Below, one piece after another: positions 31,123 to 42,034 of a stretch of DNA of 64,000 nucleotides. The stretch is taken from assembly GCA_963849425.1 (NCBI GenBank), contig CAWKHK010000006.1, positions 1,587,655-1,651,654 on the forward strand, written 5' to 3'. Source of the DNA: an uncultured Solirubrobacteraceae bacterium (lineage in GTDB: Bacteria > Actinomycetota > Thermoleophilia > Solirubrobacterales > Solirubrobacteraceae). Position 1 is the first letter of the stretch, and every line of letters begins with the position of its first letter. The position numbers and the translations under genes were made by a program. The notes below the pieces were generated by a model, which was not told the origin of the DNA, searched no databases, and worked only from the letters and a program-made list of their open reading frames with translations.

Positions 31123-31644
31123 ATGCGCGTGCCTGCCCGCCCCCCGCAACGGGGGGTGCCCTTCAGGGTGCTGTTCGTGTGCCTGGGCAACATCTGCCGC
31201 TCGCCGTCCGCCGAGGGCGCGATGCGCGCCCTCGTGGCCGGCGCGGGCATGCAGGAGAGCATCGAGCTCGACTCCGCCGGGACCGGCGCCTGGCACGTGG
31301 GCAGCCCGCCCGACCGGCGGGCCGCCGCGGCCGCGTCCGACCGCGGGATCGTCCTGGAAGGCCGCGCCCGGCAGGTACGGCGCGAGGATTTCGATGATTT
31401 CGATCTCGTGGTCGCGATGGACAGCTCGAACATGCGCGAGCTCAGGCGTCTGTCGGGCGGCGAGGAGGAGCGCGGAAAGGTGAGGCTGCTGCGCGAGTTC
31501 GACCCGGCGAGCGCCGGCGCGGAGGATCTGGACGTCCCCGACCCCTACTACGGGGCTGACGGCGGCTTCGAGGAGGTTCTCGACCTCGTGCACGCCGCCT
31601 GCGCGGGCCTGCTCGAGCAGATCCGCGCTGGCCGTCTCCCGTGA
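31123..31644 (+). CDS. Low molecular weight protein-tyrosine phosphatase
   Basis: CLGNICRS P-loop, DSAGTG, DPYYG; start uncertain. Confidence 0.92.
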   Translation: MRVPARPPQRGVPFRVLFVCLGNICRSPSAEGAMRALVAGAGMQESIELDSAGTGAWHVGSPPDRRAAAAASDRGIVLEGRARQVRREDFDDFDLVVAMDSSNMRELRRLSGGEEERGKVRLLREFDPASAGAEDLDVPDPYYGADGGFEEVLDLVHAACAGLLEQIRAGRLP

Positions 31645-32549
31645 CGCTGCCGGCCGGGGCGAGCGTCCTCGAGCGGGTTGGCGGCGGGGACATCAACGAG
31701 GCCTACCGGGTTCGTCTCCCGGACGGCCGCGAGGCGTTCGTCAAGACCCGCCCGGACGCCGCCTGCGGCGAGTACGCGGCCGAGGCGGCCGGTCTGCGCT
31801 GGCTGGCCGAGCCCGGGGCGGTGCGCACTCCGGCCGTGATCGAGGTCGGCGAGAGCCACCTCGCGCTCGAGTGGATCCCTGGCGCAGGCTCCGGGCGCAT
31901 GGAGGACGCCGGCGCCGAGGAGCTCGGTAGGGGCCTCGCGGCTACGCATCTGGCGGGCGCGCCGTGCTTCGGTCTCGCCCCCGCGGGCGGCGCGCCAGCC
32001 GACTCGCCTGCGCCCGAGCGCTCCGGTACACGGCGGGGCGCGTCCGCTGCGCCGGCGCCCGCGGGCTTCGGCTCCCTGCGCCTTGGAAACCAGCCGGCGG
32101 CCGACTGGCCGGGGTTCTACGCCGAACGGCGGTTGCTCCCGCTGGCCCGGATCGCGCGCGAGCGCCGGGCGCTGTCCAGCGGCGGGATCGAGGCGATCGA
32201 GCGGGTGTGCGAGCGACTGCCCGAGCTGTGCGGTCCGACCGAGCCGCCGTCGCGCCTGCACGGCGACCTGTGGTCGGGCAACGTCATGGGCGGGGCCGAC
32301 GGGCGCCCGTGGCTGATCGACCCCTCGGCCTACGGGGGGCACCGGGAGATCGATCTGGCGATGCTCCGCCTGTTCGGCGTGCCCTCCAAGCGGGTGCTCG
32401 CCGCCTACCAGGAGATCGCCCCGCTGGCCGAGGGCTGGGCGGAGCGAATCGAGCTCTACCAACTGCTTCCACTGCTCGTCCACGCGCTGCTGTTCGGCGG
32501 CTCCTACCGCGGGGCCGCCGAGCGCATCGCCCTGCGCTACGCGCGCTGA
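31641..32549 (+). CDS. Fructosamine kinase family protein
   Basis: GGGDIN, FVK, LHGDLWSGN, IDP..YGGHREIDLAM. Confidence 0.92.
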   Translation: MTLPAGASVLERVGGGDINEAYRVRLPDGREAFVKTRPDAACGEYAAEAAGLRWLAEPGAVRTPAVIEVGESHLALEWIPGAGSGRMEDAGAEELGRGLAATHLAGAPCFGLAPAGGAPADSPAPERSGTRRGASAAPAPAGFGSLRLGNQPAADWPGFYAERRLLPLARIARERRALSSGGIEAIERVCERLPELCGPTEPPSRLHGDLWSGNVMGGADGRPWLIDPSAYGGHREIDLAMLRLFGVPSKRVLAAYQEIAPLAEGWAERIELYQLLPLLVHALLFGGSYRGAAERIALRYAR

Positions 32550-32604
32550 GGCGGGTTCTGGCGGGTTGTTGGCGCTGGGCGCTTTGCGCGGGGCGTCCCG
32601 CAGC

Positions 32605-33015
32605 ATGGAAGACGTCGGAGTGGGATATGTGCACCCGCAGAGGACCTCCTCGGTCCGGCGTCCGCAGACGAACTCCTCGCGCCGGCGCCTGTACCTGCTC
32701 GCGCGGGTGGTGGTCGCGCGCCACTACCGCATGGAGCTCACCCTCGCGATGGTTGCCGGGGCGATCGCGAGCTCTCCTCGCCAGGTGCAGCGGGCCTACG
32801 AGCAGTTCGGTGAGACCACCTTCCGCGAGGATCTGCGCGGGCGGCGGATGGCCGCGGCAGCCGATCTGCTGGCAGAGCAGCGCTCGATCCCGGTCGGCGA
32901 CGTCGCCCGCCTGGTCGGCTACCGTCAGACGCAGCACTTCGCAAGGGCGTTTCGCCGCCGCTACGGGGTCTCGCCGGCGGGCTTTCGCGAGCGCGGGATT
33001 CACGCCGGCGAGTAG
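32605..33015 (+). CDS. Stand-alone AraC-type HTH regulator
   Basis: SSPRQVQR, VARLVGY...HFARAFRRRYGVSP. Confidence 0.8.
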   Translation: MEDVGVGYVHPQRTSSVRRPQTNSSRRRLYLLARVVVARHYRMELTLAMVAGAIASSPRQVQRAYEQFGETTFREDLRGRRMAAAADLLAEQRSIPVGDVARLVGYRQTQHFARAFRRRYGVSPAGFRERGIHAGE

Positions 33016-34694
33016 CGCGCCCCGGGCGCCCGGGCGGGCTCGCCGCGGCCGTTCGCGGGCTCCGCCCCGCCGTCCCCGGCTCCGCCGGAGTGGCCTGCGG
33101 CCCCGGAGGCGTGGTCCACCCTTCCGGCGGCGGAGCCCACGGCCTCGGCGGAGGGCAGGTGCAGCCGCAGCAGGGCCCCGCCTCCAGGGGCGGCCTCGGC
33201 GGCGATGCTTCCGCCCTGCTGGTCTACCACCTGGCGTACGATCGCCAGCCCAAGTCCCGAGCCAGGGCGCCCACGCGCCTCGGCGCCGCGGTAGAAGCGG
33301 TCGAAGATGTGCGGCAGATCCTCGGGGGAGATCCCGGGGCCGTGGTCGCGCACGGTCAGCTCGCCACCGACCGACGATCCGTGCGATCGCCCGCCGGCTA
33401 CCAGCTCGATCTCCACGGGCTCGCCCGGCGGGCTGTACTTGATTGCATTGTCGATCAGGTTGCTCACCGCCCGCTCCAGGCGCGCGGGCACGCCGGCGAG
33501 GATCGTCGGCTCGAGCCGGGCCTGCAGCGGCGTGGCCGGTGCGCGGCGGCGCGCGCGCTCGAGCGCCTCGGCGAGAATCACGTCGAGGCGCACCTCCTCG
33601 ACGTCCGCCCGTGGCTCCTCGCCGCGGGCGAGTTCGATCAGGTCGTTCATCAGCAGCGTCAGCTCCTCGATCTGCTCGACCACGTCGTGGAGCATCCTGG
33701 CGTGCTCCGCTGGGTCCATCGCCGGGCCCTGCTGCTGGAGGATCTCGATGTTCGTGCGCAGGCTGGTGACCGGTGTGCGCAGCTCGTGGGAGGCGTCCGC
33801 GACGAGCTGTCGCTGGGCGTGAACGGAAGCGTCGAGCGCGCTCATCGAGCGCCCGAGCGCGTCGAACATCGCGTTGAAGCTGCTCGACAGACGCCCCAGC
33901 TCGTCGCCACCCGAGGGCTCGATGCGCCCGCTGAGGTCGCGCGTGCGGGCGACGTGCTCGGTGGCCTCGGTCAGGCGCCGGAGCGGCTGTACGGCGGCTC
34001 CGGCCACCAGGCGGCCGAGCAGCGCCGCGAGCGCGATGCCGCCGACGTCCAGGAGCGCCAGGATCAGGCGCAGCCGGCCGAGCAGGCCGTCGACTTCGGT
34101 GAGCGGCTCGGCGAACTGGACGGCCCGCCCGCTGCCCAGCGGCTCGGCGAGCACGCGCAGGTGGATCCCGTGGACGTGAGCGTCGCGGAAGAAGGGCTGG
34201 CCGCCGTGTGCCGCCAGAGCCCGTGTGCGGGCTTCCACCGGCAGCGAGACCGACGGCGCCGAGCGGGCGAGGATCGCTCCGCCGGAGGCCACCACCTGCT
34301 GATAGCCGCGCACCTGCCCGGGACTGGGCGGCAGCCTGCCGAACAGGTTGACCGTGCCCGGCGAACTCGTCGATTTGGCGGGCGTCTTCTCGGCGGGAGC
34401 TCCCTGGGCAGGCTTGACGGGGCTGCTGGGGTTGGCGGGCCTGGCCGGTGGCGGCAGCTCGCCGAGGGCGGCGAGTCGAAGCCGCTCGCGGGCACTCAGG
34501 CGGCGCGTCAGGCGGCCGTGGGCGTCCAGGACGCGCACGAGCAGGCTGACGCCCTGCCCGCGGTTGCGCAGTTGGGAGTCGACCTGGTTCGAGAGCTGAT
34601 GGGAGGTCAGGACGTAGGTCAGGATCGACGCCAGCACCACCGCGATCGCGACCGCCGCGGCCGAGGAGAGGGCGATCCGGCGGCGGAAGCTCAC
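33000..34694 (-). CDS. HAMP sensor histidine kinase (MprB-like)
   Basis: [28 protein letters not shown]; two TM segments. Confidence 0.93.
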   Translation of the reverse strand: MSFRRRIALSSAAAVAIAVVLASILTYVLTSHQLSNQVDSQLRNRGQGVSLLVRVLDAHGRLTRRLSARERLRLAALGELPPPARPANPSSPVKPAQGAPAEKTPAKSTSSPGTVNLFGRLPPSPGQVRGYQQVVASGGAILARSAPSVSLPVEARTRALAAHGGQPFFRDAHVHGIHLRVLAEPLGSGRAVQFAEPLTEVDGLLGRLRLILALLDVGGIALAALLGRLVAGAAVQPLRRLTEATEHVARTRDLSGRIEPSGGDELGRLSSSFNAMFDALGRSMSALDASVHAQRQLVADASHELRTPVTSLRTNIEILQQQGPAMDPAEHARMLHDVVEQIEELTLLMNDLIELARGEEPRADVEEVRLDVILAEALERARRRAPATPLQARLEPTILAGVPARLERAVSNLIDNAIKYSPPGEPVEIELVAGGRSHGSSVGGELTVRDHGPGISPEDLPHIFDRFYRGAEARGRPGSGLGLAIVRQVVDQQGGSIAAEAAPGGGALLRLHLPSAEAVGSAAGRVDHASGAAGHSGGAGDGGAEPANGRGEPARAPGARYSPA

Positions 34695-35386
34695 GATGCC
34701 CCGCGCAGCACGTACCCGACGCCGCGGACCGTGTGCAGCAGGCGCGGCTCCTCGCCGACCTCGGTCTTGCGCCGCAGGTAGCCCATGTACACGCCCAGCG
34801 AGTTGGACGTCGACCCGAAGTCATATCCCCACACTCCCTCGAAGATCGCCGAGCGCGTCAGCACCTGGCGCGGGTGGCGGAGGAACATTTCCAGCAGCAG
34901 GAACTCGGTGCGTGTGAGCTGTAGCAGCCGCTCGCCCCGCCAGGCCTCGTGCGCGAGGCGGTCCAGGCGCAGGTCCTCGAAGGCGAGCACGTCCTCGCCC
35001 TGCTCGTCCCCCTCGCCCGCCCGGCGCAACAGCGCGCGGACACGGGCCAGGAGCTCGCGCAGAGCGAACGGCTTGACCAGGTAGTCGTCGGCGCCGGCGT
35101 CCAGGCCGGCGACGCGGTCGTCGACCTTCTCGCGCGCGGTGAGCATCAGCACGGGCGTCCTGTCGCCGCCCTCGCGCAGACGCCTGCACACCTCCAGGCC
35201 GTCCACGTGGGGCATCGAGACGTCGAGGATCACGGCCTCGAATGGCGCGGTGCCGAGCCGCTCCAGCGCCTCGCGCCCGTCGGTCGCCTGGGCAACCCGG
35301 TAGTGCTCGAGGGTCAGAGCGCGCAGCAGCGCGCTCTGGACGGCCGGCTCGTCGTCGACGAGCAGTATGCGTGCTTGCTCGGTCAT
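34691..35386 (-). CDS. OmpR-family response regulator (MprA-like)
   Basis: [32 protein letters not shown]. Confidence 0.94.
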   Translation of the reverse strand: MTEQARILLVDDEPAVQSALLRALTLEHYRVAQATDGREALERLGTAPFEAVILDVSMPHVDGLEVCRRLREGGDRTPVLMLTAREKVDDRVAGLDAGADDYLVKPFALRELLARVRALLRRAGEGDEQGEDVLAFEDLRLDRLAHEAWRGERLLQLTRTEFLLLEMFLRHPRQVLTRSAIFEGVWGYDFGSTSNSLGVYMGYLRRKTEVGEEPRLLHTVRGVGYVLRGAS

Positions 35387-35507
35387 GGTCGAACCTCGTG
35401 CGCCCGCTTCGCCCGCTACGGTCGTTGGACGCGGTCGCTTGGAGGATGCACCGCTGAGGCTAGCGTGACGTGTTCGACGGGCATGCGGGTAATGGAAGGC
35501 GAAGAGA

Positions 35508-36617
35508 ATGCGAAGAATCGCGCACGAGGAGACGATGGCCGAGCGCGAGGCCACGTCCGAGAAGGCTGCCGCCGAAGACGCTGCCGAAGACGCCGTCTCC
35601 GACGGGAGCGCCGCCGAGGACCCCGCCGCGGCGATGGCCGGACAAACGCGGACGCTGCGCAACAGCATCGTCAGCCTGGCCGTCTTCTTCGCGCTCCTCG
35701 CCGGCCTGTTGACCGGAATCCCCGGCCTGCGCTCGGCGGCCGACCGCATCACCGACGCCAGCCCCTCGTGGGTGGTAGCGGGGATCGTCCTGGAGGCACT
35801 CTCGTGCGTCGGCTACATGGTGCTGTTCGACCTGGTGTTCAGCAGGCTCGGGCGAGGCCTGGTCTCGCGCCTGTCCCTGGCCGAGCTGGCGATGAACTCG
35901 GTCGTGTCGGTCAGCGGTCTGGCGGGGATCGCGCTGGGGGCATGGGTGCTGCGCAGCAAGGGCCTCTCAGTCGAGCGGATCGCCAAGCGCTCGGTGCTGA
36001 TCTTCGTGCTCACCAGCGCCGTGAACGTGGGCGCGGTGCTCGTCATCGGGCTGCCAATGTGGCTGGGCCTGCTGCCGGGCTCCCGCAAAGCGCTCATCAC
36101 GCTGCTGCCGGCCGCGGCGGCGCTGGGAACGATCGCGGGCACCATCTGGCTGGCTCGCTGGGCGGGCCGCGAGGCCTGGCGCCGGCGCCTGGAGCACGGC
36201 CGCAAGGGGGTCGCGCTGACCGCGTTGAGCGGCGGCGTGGCCGACGCTCTGACGCTGATCCGCAAACACGACTGGAGGCTCTCCGGCGCGGTCGCCTACT
36301 GGCTGCTGGACAACCTCGTGCTGTACGCCTGCCTGGCCAGCTTCGGCAACGCGCCCTCGTTCTGGGCGGTCGCGATGGCCTATCTGGTGGGCATGCTCGC
36401 CAACTCGCTCCCCATCCCCGGGGGCTTCGTCGCTGTCGAAGGCGGCCTCGTGGGAATGCTGCTGCTATTCGGGGTGCGCCCGGCCTATCAGGTGCTGGCG
36501 GCCGTGGTGATCTACCGCGCGATATCGCTGTGGGTGCCCGCGGCGATCGGCTCGCTGGCCTTCCTCAGCCTGCGGCGAGAGATCGGCAAGCCGGTCACGC
36601 CCGCCGTCCAGGGATAG
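35508..36617 (+). CDS. Lysylphosphatidylglycerol synthase TM-domain / flippase-like protein
   Basis: Multi-TM; LPIPGG...EGG and IYRAIS motifs. Confidence 0.75.
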   Translation: MRRIAHEETMAEREATSEKAAAEDAAEDAVSDGSAAEDPAAAMAGQTRTLRNSIVSLAVFFALLAGLLTGIPGLRSAADRITDASPSWVVAGIVLEALSCVGYMVLFDLVFSRLGRGLVSRLSLAELAMNSVVSVSGLAGIALGAWVLRSKGLSVERIAKRSVLIFVLTSAVNVGAVLVIGLPMWLGLLPGSRKALITLLPAAAALGTIAGTIWLARWAGREAWRRRLEHGRKGVALTALSGGVADALTLIRKHDWRLSGAVAYWLLDNLVLYACLASFGNAPSFWAVAMAYLVGMLANSLPIPGGFVAVEGGLVGMLLLFGVRPAYQVLAAVVIYRAISLWVPAAIGSLAFLSLRREIGKPVTPAVQG

Positions 36618-36664
36618 CGCCCGTCCGGGGCAGCGCCCGTCCACGATCGCGCCCGTCCGGGGCG
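36617..36664. repeat. 3 x 16-bp tandem repeat (core GCGCCCGTCC) between convergent genes
   Basis: GCGCCCGTCCGGGGCA / GCGCCCGTCCACGATC / GCGCCCGTCCGGGGCG. Confidence 0.7.
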
Positions 36665-36667
36665 GCG

Positions 36668-37357
36668 CTAGCCCGAGAGCTCCTTGGCGACCGTCACCGC
36701 CGCGGCCGCCCGCTGGCAGGGGTGGCCGGGCAGGCCTTCCATCGCCCGGGTCAGCCGCGGGTCCATCGACCCCGACAGGCCCGGACAGTAGACCGGCGGC
36801 GGCAGGTTCCCGCCGGCCGAGCCGGGGGCGTTAAGCGGCAGCAGCTCGCCGGCCGCCTGGAAGGCGTGGGAGAAGGCGTCCGAGAAGATGTCGATCGCCA
36901 CCCTGCCGGTGTACAGCTCGATCGAGCGGCCTTCGTCGTAGACCGTCGCCGGCACCCCGCGCACGAGCATGTTGCGCTGCGGGCCGAGCGCGGCGTTGGA
37001 GTGCAGCGCGTACACCACCGTGGTGACCTGCAGTGGCAGCAGGCAGCTGCCGCCGCCGAAGATGCCCTTGCTCTGCACGCAGTCGCCGTAGTACACGCTG
37101 TCGCCGACCGTGGCGATGTACCCCCTGAGCCCGTCCGCGGCGGCCAGAGGGTGGCCGTCGAAGCTCGGGCCGACCCAGTACACCTCGTAGTAGGGGAACG
37201 TCTGCGCTTCCGCCAGATCGCTCGCGGCGATCGGACGCGGATGGCCCGTCGCACAGCCGCCGGCGGCCAGAACCGCGCACAGCACGGCCAGCCCGATACC
37301 CATCCGGGCCGTCCGGCGGACGGCCTCATCGATTCTCCCGCCGTTCATCGCCGTCAT
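36668..37357 (-). CDS. Hypothetical lipoprotein
   Basis: Hydrophobic stretch ending in AGGC lipobox-like motif; paired cysteines. Confidence 0.65.
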   Translation of the reverse strand: MTAMNGGRIDEAVRRTARMGIGLAVLCAVLAAGGCATGHPRPIAASDLAEAQTFPYYEVYWVGPSFDGHPLAAADGLRGYIATVGDSVYYGDCVQSKGIFGGGSCLLPLQVTTVVYALHSNAALGPQRNMLVRGVPATVYDEGRSIELYTGRVAIDIFSDAFSHAFQAAGELLPLNAPGSAGGNLPPPVYCPGLSGSMDPRLTRAMEGLPGHPCQRAAAAVTVAKELSG

Positions 37358-37435
37358 TATCCTGGCGTGCCGATCAGGGCCACAGCTACTTCCCGCGTGC
37401 TCACCGGTTCATATGGGTACGGATCCGCCGATTCA

Positions 37436-40400
37436 GTGGCGGATGTGCCGGGGTCCGGTGGGGTAGCACACCGGACCCCGGACGATCTTCTCACCGCCGG
37501 GCGGCGCCTTGCGCCGCTGTTGGCAGCCGCCGTGCTCGTCGTGGTTTGGCTGCTCCTCGATCCGCGCACCCCCGACCTGGCCGCGGCGGTCTACCGCGTG
37601 GAGCTCTTCCGCCAGATCGGCTTCGCCGTGTGGGATGAGCACTGGTACGCCGGCCACCACCTGCCCGGCTACAGCCTGCTGTTCCCGCCGCTCGGCGCGC
37701 TGCTCGGGGTACGCCTGCTGGGGGCGCTGTCGGTGCTCGCCTCGGTCGTCCTGTTCGACCGTCTGGTCCGCTCGCTCTACGGCTCCTCGGCCCGTTGGGG
37801 CGTCGCCTGGTTCGCGCTGGCCGCGGTCGGAGACGTGTGGTCGGGGCGCCTCGCGTTCGCCCTGGGGGTCTCCTTCGCGCTCGCCGCCGGCCTCGCGCTC
37901 GTCCGCCGGCGGACGCTCCTTGCGGTGCTCCTGGCGGCGCTGTGCGCGGCTGCCAGCCCCGTGGCCGGCGTGCTCCTCGCCCTCGCCGGGCTCACCTGCG
38001 CGATCGTCCAGCGCTCGCTCAGGGTGGCGCTCGCGCCTGCGCCCCCCGTCGCCGCGGTCCTGCTGGCGCTCGCGGTGATGTTCGGAGAAGGCGGCGTCGA
38101 GCCCTACCCGATCCTGTCGTTCCTCGCCACCGCCGTTGTGGTCGTGGCGTTCCTGTGGGCGCTGCCAACGGGGGCGCGGCTGCTGCGCGTGGGGGGCCTG
38201 CTCTACCTGCTGGCGTGTCTCGCCTGCCTGCTCGTCCATTCCCAGATGGGCAGCAACGTCGAGCGCTACGGCGTGCTGCTCGCCGGGCCGCTGCTGCTGT
38301 GCGCGCGCCTGAGCCCTCCCGCACGACAGCGGCGACCGCGCTCGGGAGCGGGGCGGGGGAACCCGGGAGGGGGGCAGGGGAGCCCGGGGGTGGGGAGTGG
38401 GAGCCTGGGGGCACGACAGGGGAGCCCGGGCCTGAACCTCGCGAGCGTCGTGGCGCTGGGCGCGATCGGGCTGTGGGTCCTATGGGGCCCGGTCCGCGAA
38501 ACTCTGGCGGTCGCCGGCAACGAATCGACGAGCGCCTCCTACTACGACCCGGTCGAGCGCTTCCTCGCCCGGGTCGAGGCCCCTCCGGGCCAGCCGGTGC
38601 GCGTGGAGGTGCCGCTCACGCGCTCGCACTGGGAGGCCGCGCTGCTCGCCCCGAGCGTCTCGCTGGCGCGCGGCTGGGAGAAGCAGCTCGACAGCCGCTA
38701 CGACCAGGTCCTGCTCACCCCGGGCCTGAGCGCGGCTGCTTACGAGCGCTGGCTGCACGAGCAGGCGATCGCCTACGTCGCCCTGCCGGACACCCCGCTC
38801 GATCCCTCGAGCGCCCAGGAGGGGCGCCTCATCCGCCGCGGCCTGCCCTACCTGCGGGAGGTCTTCGCGAGCAGGCACTGGCGCATCTATCGGGTGCTCT
38901 CGCCCACCCCGCTCGTGTCCGGCCCGGGGTCGCTGACCGCGCTCGGGCACGACTCGTTCACGCTGCTCGCGTCCGGGCCGGGCGCGTTCCTGGTGCGGGT
39001 GCGCTACAGCCGCTACCTGACCCTCACTCGGGGCAGCGGCTGCGTCGGGCAGGGGTCCGGCGGCTGGACGTCCGTGAGGCTGGGCTCTTCCGGGACGGCG
39101 ACCGTGACCGCGCGCTTCTCGCTGGCGCGTGCGTTCGGCGGGGGCGCATCGTGCAGCGGGGCCCTCGCCTCGGGATCGCCCCCGCCGGCGCACGCGGGCG
39201 CGGGCGCGGGCGGGGCGGGCTCCAGGGCGCTTGCCCCGCCGGCCCCGTCCTACCGCTGGCTGGTGCGGAGCACCGGCCAGCCGCCGTCGATCGCCGCGGA
39301 GAACCACGCCGCGGGCACGAGCGCCTGGCGGCTTCCCGGCCCGGCGTATGACATCGGCGGCGCCTCCCGTGGCGCGATCGAGGGCTACGTCTCGGCGCAG
39401 GCGCTCGCGCCGGGGCAGACCGAGAGCGTGTACGTGAACGCCCCGGGCGCCCACACGGTCACGCTGCAGGTCTACCGCATGGGCTGGTACGGGGGGAAGG
39501 GCGGAAGGCTGGTCCTGCAGAGCGCCCGGCTGCCGGTTCGCAGGCAGCCGCCGTGCACCCACCGCTTCGCCACCGGCCTGACCGAGTGCGACTGGCACGC
39601 CACGCTCGTCTTCCCGACCCCGACCGCGCTTGCCAGCGGGGTGTACATCGTCAAGCTGCACGCGTCCACGGGCGCACAGAGCGACTGCCTGTTCGTCCTG
39701 CGCCCGGCCCGGGCACCACGGCTGCTCGTGGAGATACCGACGGCCACCTACGAGGCATACAACGCTTGGGGCGGCGACAGCCTGTACCCGGGCGGGAGCA
39801 GACGCGTGGGCGTCACGGGGACCAACCAGGGCGTGGAGGTCTCCTACGACCGGCCCTACGAAAGTCAGACCGGCGCCGGGCAGTTCTTCATCCGGGACGT
39901 GGCAATCGTCCGCTTCCTGGAGCGCTACGGCTATCCGGTGGGCTACACGACGATCGAGTCGATCGACGCCCACCCCGCGCAGGTTTTGGGACCCACCCAC
40001 CCGCGGGCGGTAATGGACGTGGGGCACTCGGAGTACTGGTCGGCGGGCGACGAGCGCGCGTTCGCCACGGCCCGCGACCGGGGGACCAGCCTGATCTTCA
40101 TCAGCTCCGACACGCTGGCCTGGCGGGTGCGCTTCGCGGCGGCCACCGCCGCCTCCAGTCAGACGGGCGAGCCCGACCACAGGATCGTCGCGTACAAGGA
40201 GTTCGCCGCCCGCGACCCCGATCGCGCCGAGCCCACGGGGCTGTTCCCCGGCGGCGGGGCCGGGCTGACGGGCAGCGCATACGACGGTTGCATCACCCCG
40301 CGCGTGGCGGTGCCGGGACCGCCGGTCTACCGCTACTACCCCTGGAGGCCGTCGCCGAGCCTGCGCCCGAGCTGGCTGTTCGCCGGCACGGGCGTGACCG

Positions 40401-40729
40401 CGACGACGAGCATCCCCGGGATCGTCGGCTACGAGCTCGACGAACGCACACCGGCGACGCCGTCGGGGACACAGTCGATCGGCACGGGCTCGAACGTCCC
40501 CTGCGGCTCGGAGGCCGACGAGCCCTCGCCGGCCCGCGGGCGGCTGGCCGAGACCACGCTGTACACCGCGCCCTCCGGCGCGGTGGTGTTCGCGACTGGC
40601 ACCCTCGGCTGGGAGTACGGTCTCTCGCCGGTCCCCCAGGCCTCGCCGGATGCGCCCCGCGCTCCCGACCGGCGCGTCGTGGCGATCACCCGCAACCTGC
40701 TCGCCCACGTGCTCGACACACGGGGGTAG
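37436..40729 (+). CDS. Polytopic membrane protein fused to an N,N-dimethylformamidase beta-subunit-like domain
   Basis: N-terminal PDLAA...WYAGHHLPGYSLLFP with many TM helices; C-terminal VYRMGWYGG, SGVY, TYEAYNAWGGDSLY, VSYDRPY, GHSEYWS; start uncertain. Confidence 0.7.
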   Translation: MADVPGSGGVAHRTPDDLLTAGRRLAPLLAAAVLVVVWLLLDPRTPDLAAAVYRVELFRQIGFAVWDEHWYAGHHLPGYSLLFPPLGALLGVRLLGALSVLASVVLFDRLVRSLYGSSARWGVAWFALAAVGDVWSGRLAFALGVSFALAAGLALVRRRTLLAVLLAALCAAASPVAGVLLALAGLTCAIVQRSLRVALAPAPPVAAVLLALAVMFGEGGVEPYPILSFLATAVVVVAFLWALPTGARLLRVGGLLYLLACLACLLVHSQMGSNVERYGVLLAGPLLLCARLSPPARQRRPRSGAGRGNPGGGQGSPGVGSGSLGARQGSPGLNLASVVALGAIGLWVLWGPVRETLAVAGNESTSASYYDPVERFLARVEAPPGQPVRVEVPLTRSHWEAALLAPSVSLARGWEKQLDSRYDQVLLTPGLSAAAYERWLHEQAIAYVALPDTPLDPSSAQEGRLIRRGLPYLREVFASRHWRIYRVLSPTPLVSGPGSLTALGHDSFTLLASGPGAFLVRVRYSRYLTLTRGSGCVGQGSGGWTSVRLGSSGTATVTARFSLARAFGGGASCSGALASGSPPPAHAGAGAGGAGSRALAPPAPSYRWLVRSTGQPPSIAAENHAAGTSAWRLPGPAYDIGGASRGAIEGYVSAQALAPGQTESVYVNAPGAHTVTLQVYRMGWYGGKGGRLVLQSARLPVRRQPPCTHRFATGLTECDWHATLVFPTPTALASGVYIVKLHASTGAQSDCLFVLRPARAPRLLVEIPTATYEAYNAWGGDSLYPGGSRRVGVTGTNQGVEVSYDRPYESQTGAGQFFIRDVAIVRFLERYGYPVGYTTIESIDAHPAQVLGPTHPRAVMDVGHSEYWSAGDERAFATARDRGTSLIFISSDTLAWRVRFAAATAASSQTGEPDHRIVAYKEFAARDPDRAEPTGLFPGGGAGLTGSAYDGCITPRVAVPGPPVYRYYPWRPSPSLRPSWLFAGTGVTATTSIPGIVGYELDERTPATPSGTQSIGTGSNVPCGSEADEPSPARGRLAETTLYTAPSGAVVFATGTLGWEYGLSPVPQASPDAPRAPDRRVVAITRNLLAHVLDTRG
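38351..38434 (+). repeat. 4 x 21-bp G-rich in-frame tandem repeat
   Basis: Encodes GRGNPGG/GQGSPGV/GSGSLGA/RQGSPGL. Confidence 0.7.
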
Positions 40730-40737
40730 CGCTGGGG

Positions 40738-42018
40738 TCAGCGCGGGGCGAGCGCGTACAGGCCGGTGGTGCCGGTCAGGTAGATGTGCCGGCCGTCGCT
40801 GATGACCGGGTCGAAGGCGCCGGTGTCCATCTGGAAGAGCACCCGGCCGGTGGAGATGCCGAGGCCGTAGGTGCGGTGTTCGCCGAGGTCGGCGAAGTAG
40901 ACGGTCCGGCCGATGATCGTGGCCGAGCCGGAGATCCGCCCGTGGGCGTCGAACCGCCAGCTGATCTGCCCCGAACGGGCGTCGATGGCGTAGAAGGTGC
41001 CGTCGTAGGAGCCCAGGTACACGGTCGGGCCGAGGCCGGGGGCGTTGGTTACCGCGGGGGAGGCGTAGACGTAGGCGCCGGTCTGCACCGCCCAGTCCAG
41101 GCTGCCGGTGAACGCGTCATAGGCGTATATGCGCCCGTCTGTGTTGCCCAGGAAGACGCGGCCGTAGACCACGGCGGCGGTCGAGTAGAAGGTGCCGCTG
41201 CCGAGCAGCGCCCCCCCGGAGCCGCTGATCCAGATCCGCTCTCCGGTCCGCTCGGAGATCGCCTGGACGTGCCCGGAGTAGTCGCCGAAGTAGAGCATCC
41301 CATCGGACAGAGTTGGGCTGGCCTTGACCGCGCCGGGGGCCTGGTAGATCCAGATCACGTGGCCGCTACGGGCGTCGAGCGCATACACGACCCCGCTCTG
41401 GGTACCGAAGAACAGGCGGCCGTGGTCCAGCATCGGGGAGGACTCGCTGGGGCTGGGCAGGGAGCGAAACCAGCGGATCGCCCCGGTGGCGGAGTTGAGC
41501 GCGACGATCCGCCCGGGGCTGTCGGGATGGCCGCTGGAGAGGATGGTGGCATAGACGGTGTTCGCGGTGACAGCAGGAGCGGAGGCGGACAGCTGGCCGA
41601 GACGTTGCGTCCAGAACGCGCGGCCGCTGTTCTTGTTGGTGGCGATGAGCGTGGCGTCGTCGGCCAGCTGGAAGATGTCCTCGCCGTAGATCACCGGCGG
41701 GAACTCGAGCAGCGAGTGCTCGCTGTGCGCCCACAGCCGATCGAACGGAGGATGCAGGCTGGCGGCGGCGGGGAAGAAGCGTGTGTGGTCCTTGTCGTAG
41801 CCGTACAGCGGCCAGGCGAAGCGCTCGGGGCCGTGGGTGGGCAGCGTGGGCGTCTTCTGGGGGATGAAGCGGGCGTGGGGGTGGTAGACGTTGCCCGTCC
41901 GGTGGCGCTCGTACACGTAGCCGCCGATCGCGGCGGCGATCAGCACGAGGACGAGCCCGCCCAGACCGGCGCGCAGGCGCTTGGAGCGGGGAAGCAGGCG
42001 CATGGCGCGGTCGCTCAC
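40738..42018 (-). CDS. Membrane-anchored PQQ-like (BamB-type) beta-propeller protein
   Basis: Repeated SP....G..Y.G..DG..YA.DA..G...W blades; N-terminal TM. Confidence 0.85.
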   Translation of the reverse strand: MSDRAMRLLPRSKRLRAGLGGLVLVLIAAAIGGYVYERHRTGNVYHPHARFIPQKTPTLPTHGPERFAWPLYGYDKDHTRFFPAAASLHPPFDRLWAHSEHSLLEFPPVIYGEDIFQLADDATLIATNKNSGRAFWTQRLGQLSASAPAVTANTVYATILSSGHPDSPGRIVALNSATGAIRWFRSLPSPSESSPMLDHGRLFFGTQSGVVYALDARSGHVIWIYQAPGAVKASPTLSDGMLYFGDYSGHVQAISERTGERIWISGSGGALLGSGTFYSTAAVVYGRVFLGNTDGRIYAYDAFTGSLDWAVQTGAYVYASPAVTNAPGLGPTVYLGSYDGTFYAIDARSGQISWRFDAHGRISGSATIIGRTVYFADLGEHRTYGLGISTGRVLFQMDTGAFDPVISDGRHIYLTGTTGLYALAPR

Positions 42019-42034
42019 GGGCCTGGAGGCGCGC

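Noticed and set aside
35467-37420. SigF-like promoters before the flippase-like gene (GGGTAA 35487) and the fusion gene (GGGTAC 37415)
   Set aside because: A -10-like box is present but there is no G(G/A/T)TT at 15-16 nt spacing.
34949-37435. N-terminal half of the 1926-aa ORF
   Set aside because: It overlaps three better-supported genes in other frames or strands and is Arg/Gly-rich nonsense; only the part from ~37436 looks protein-like.
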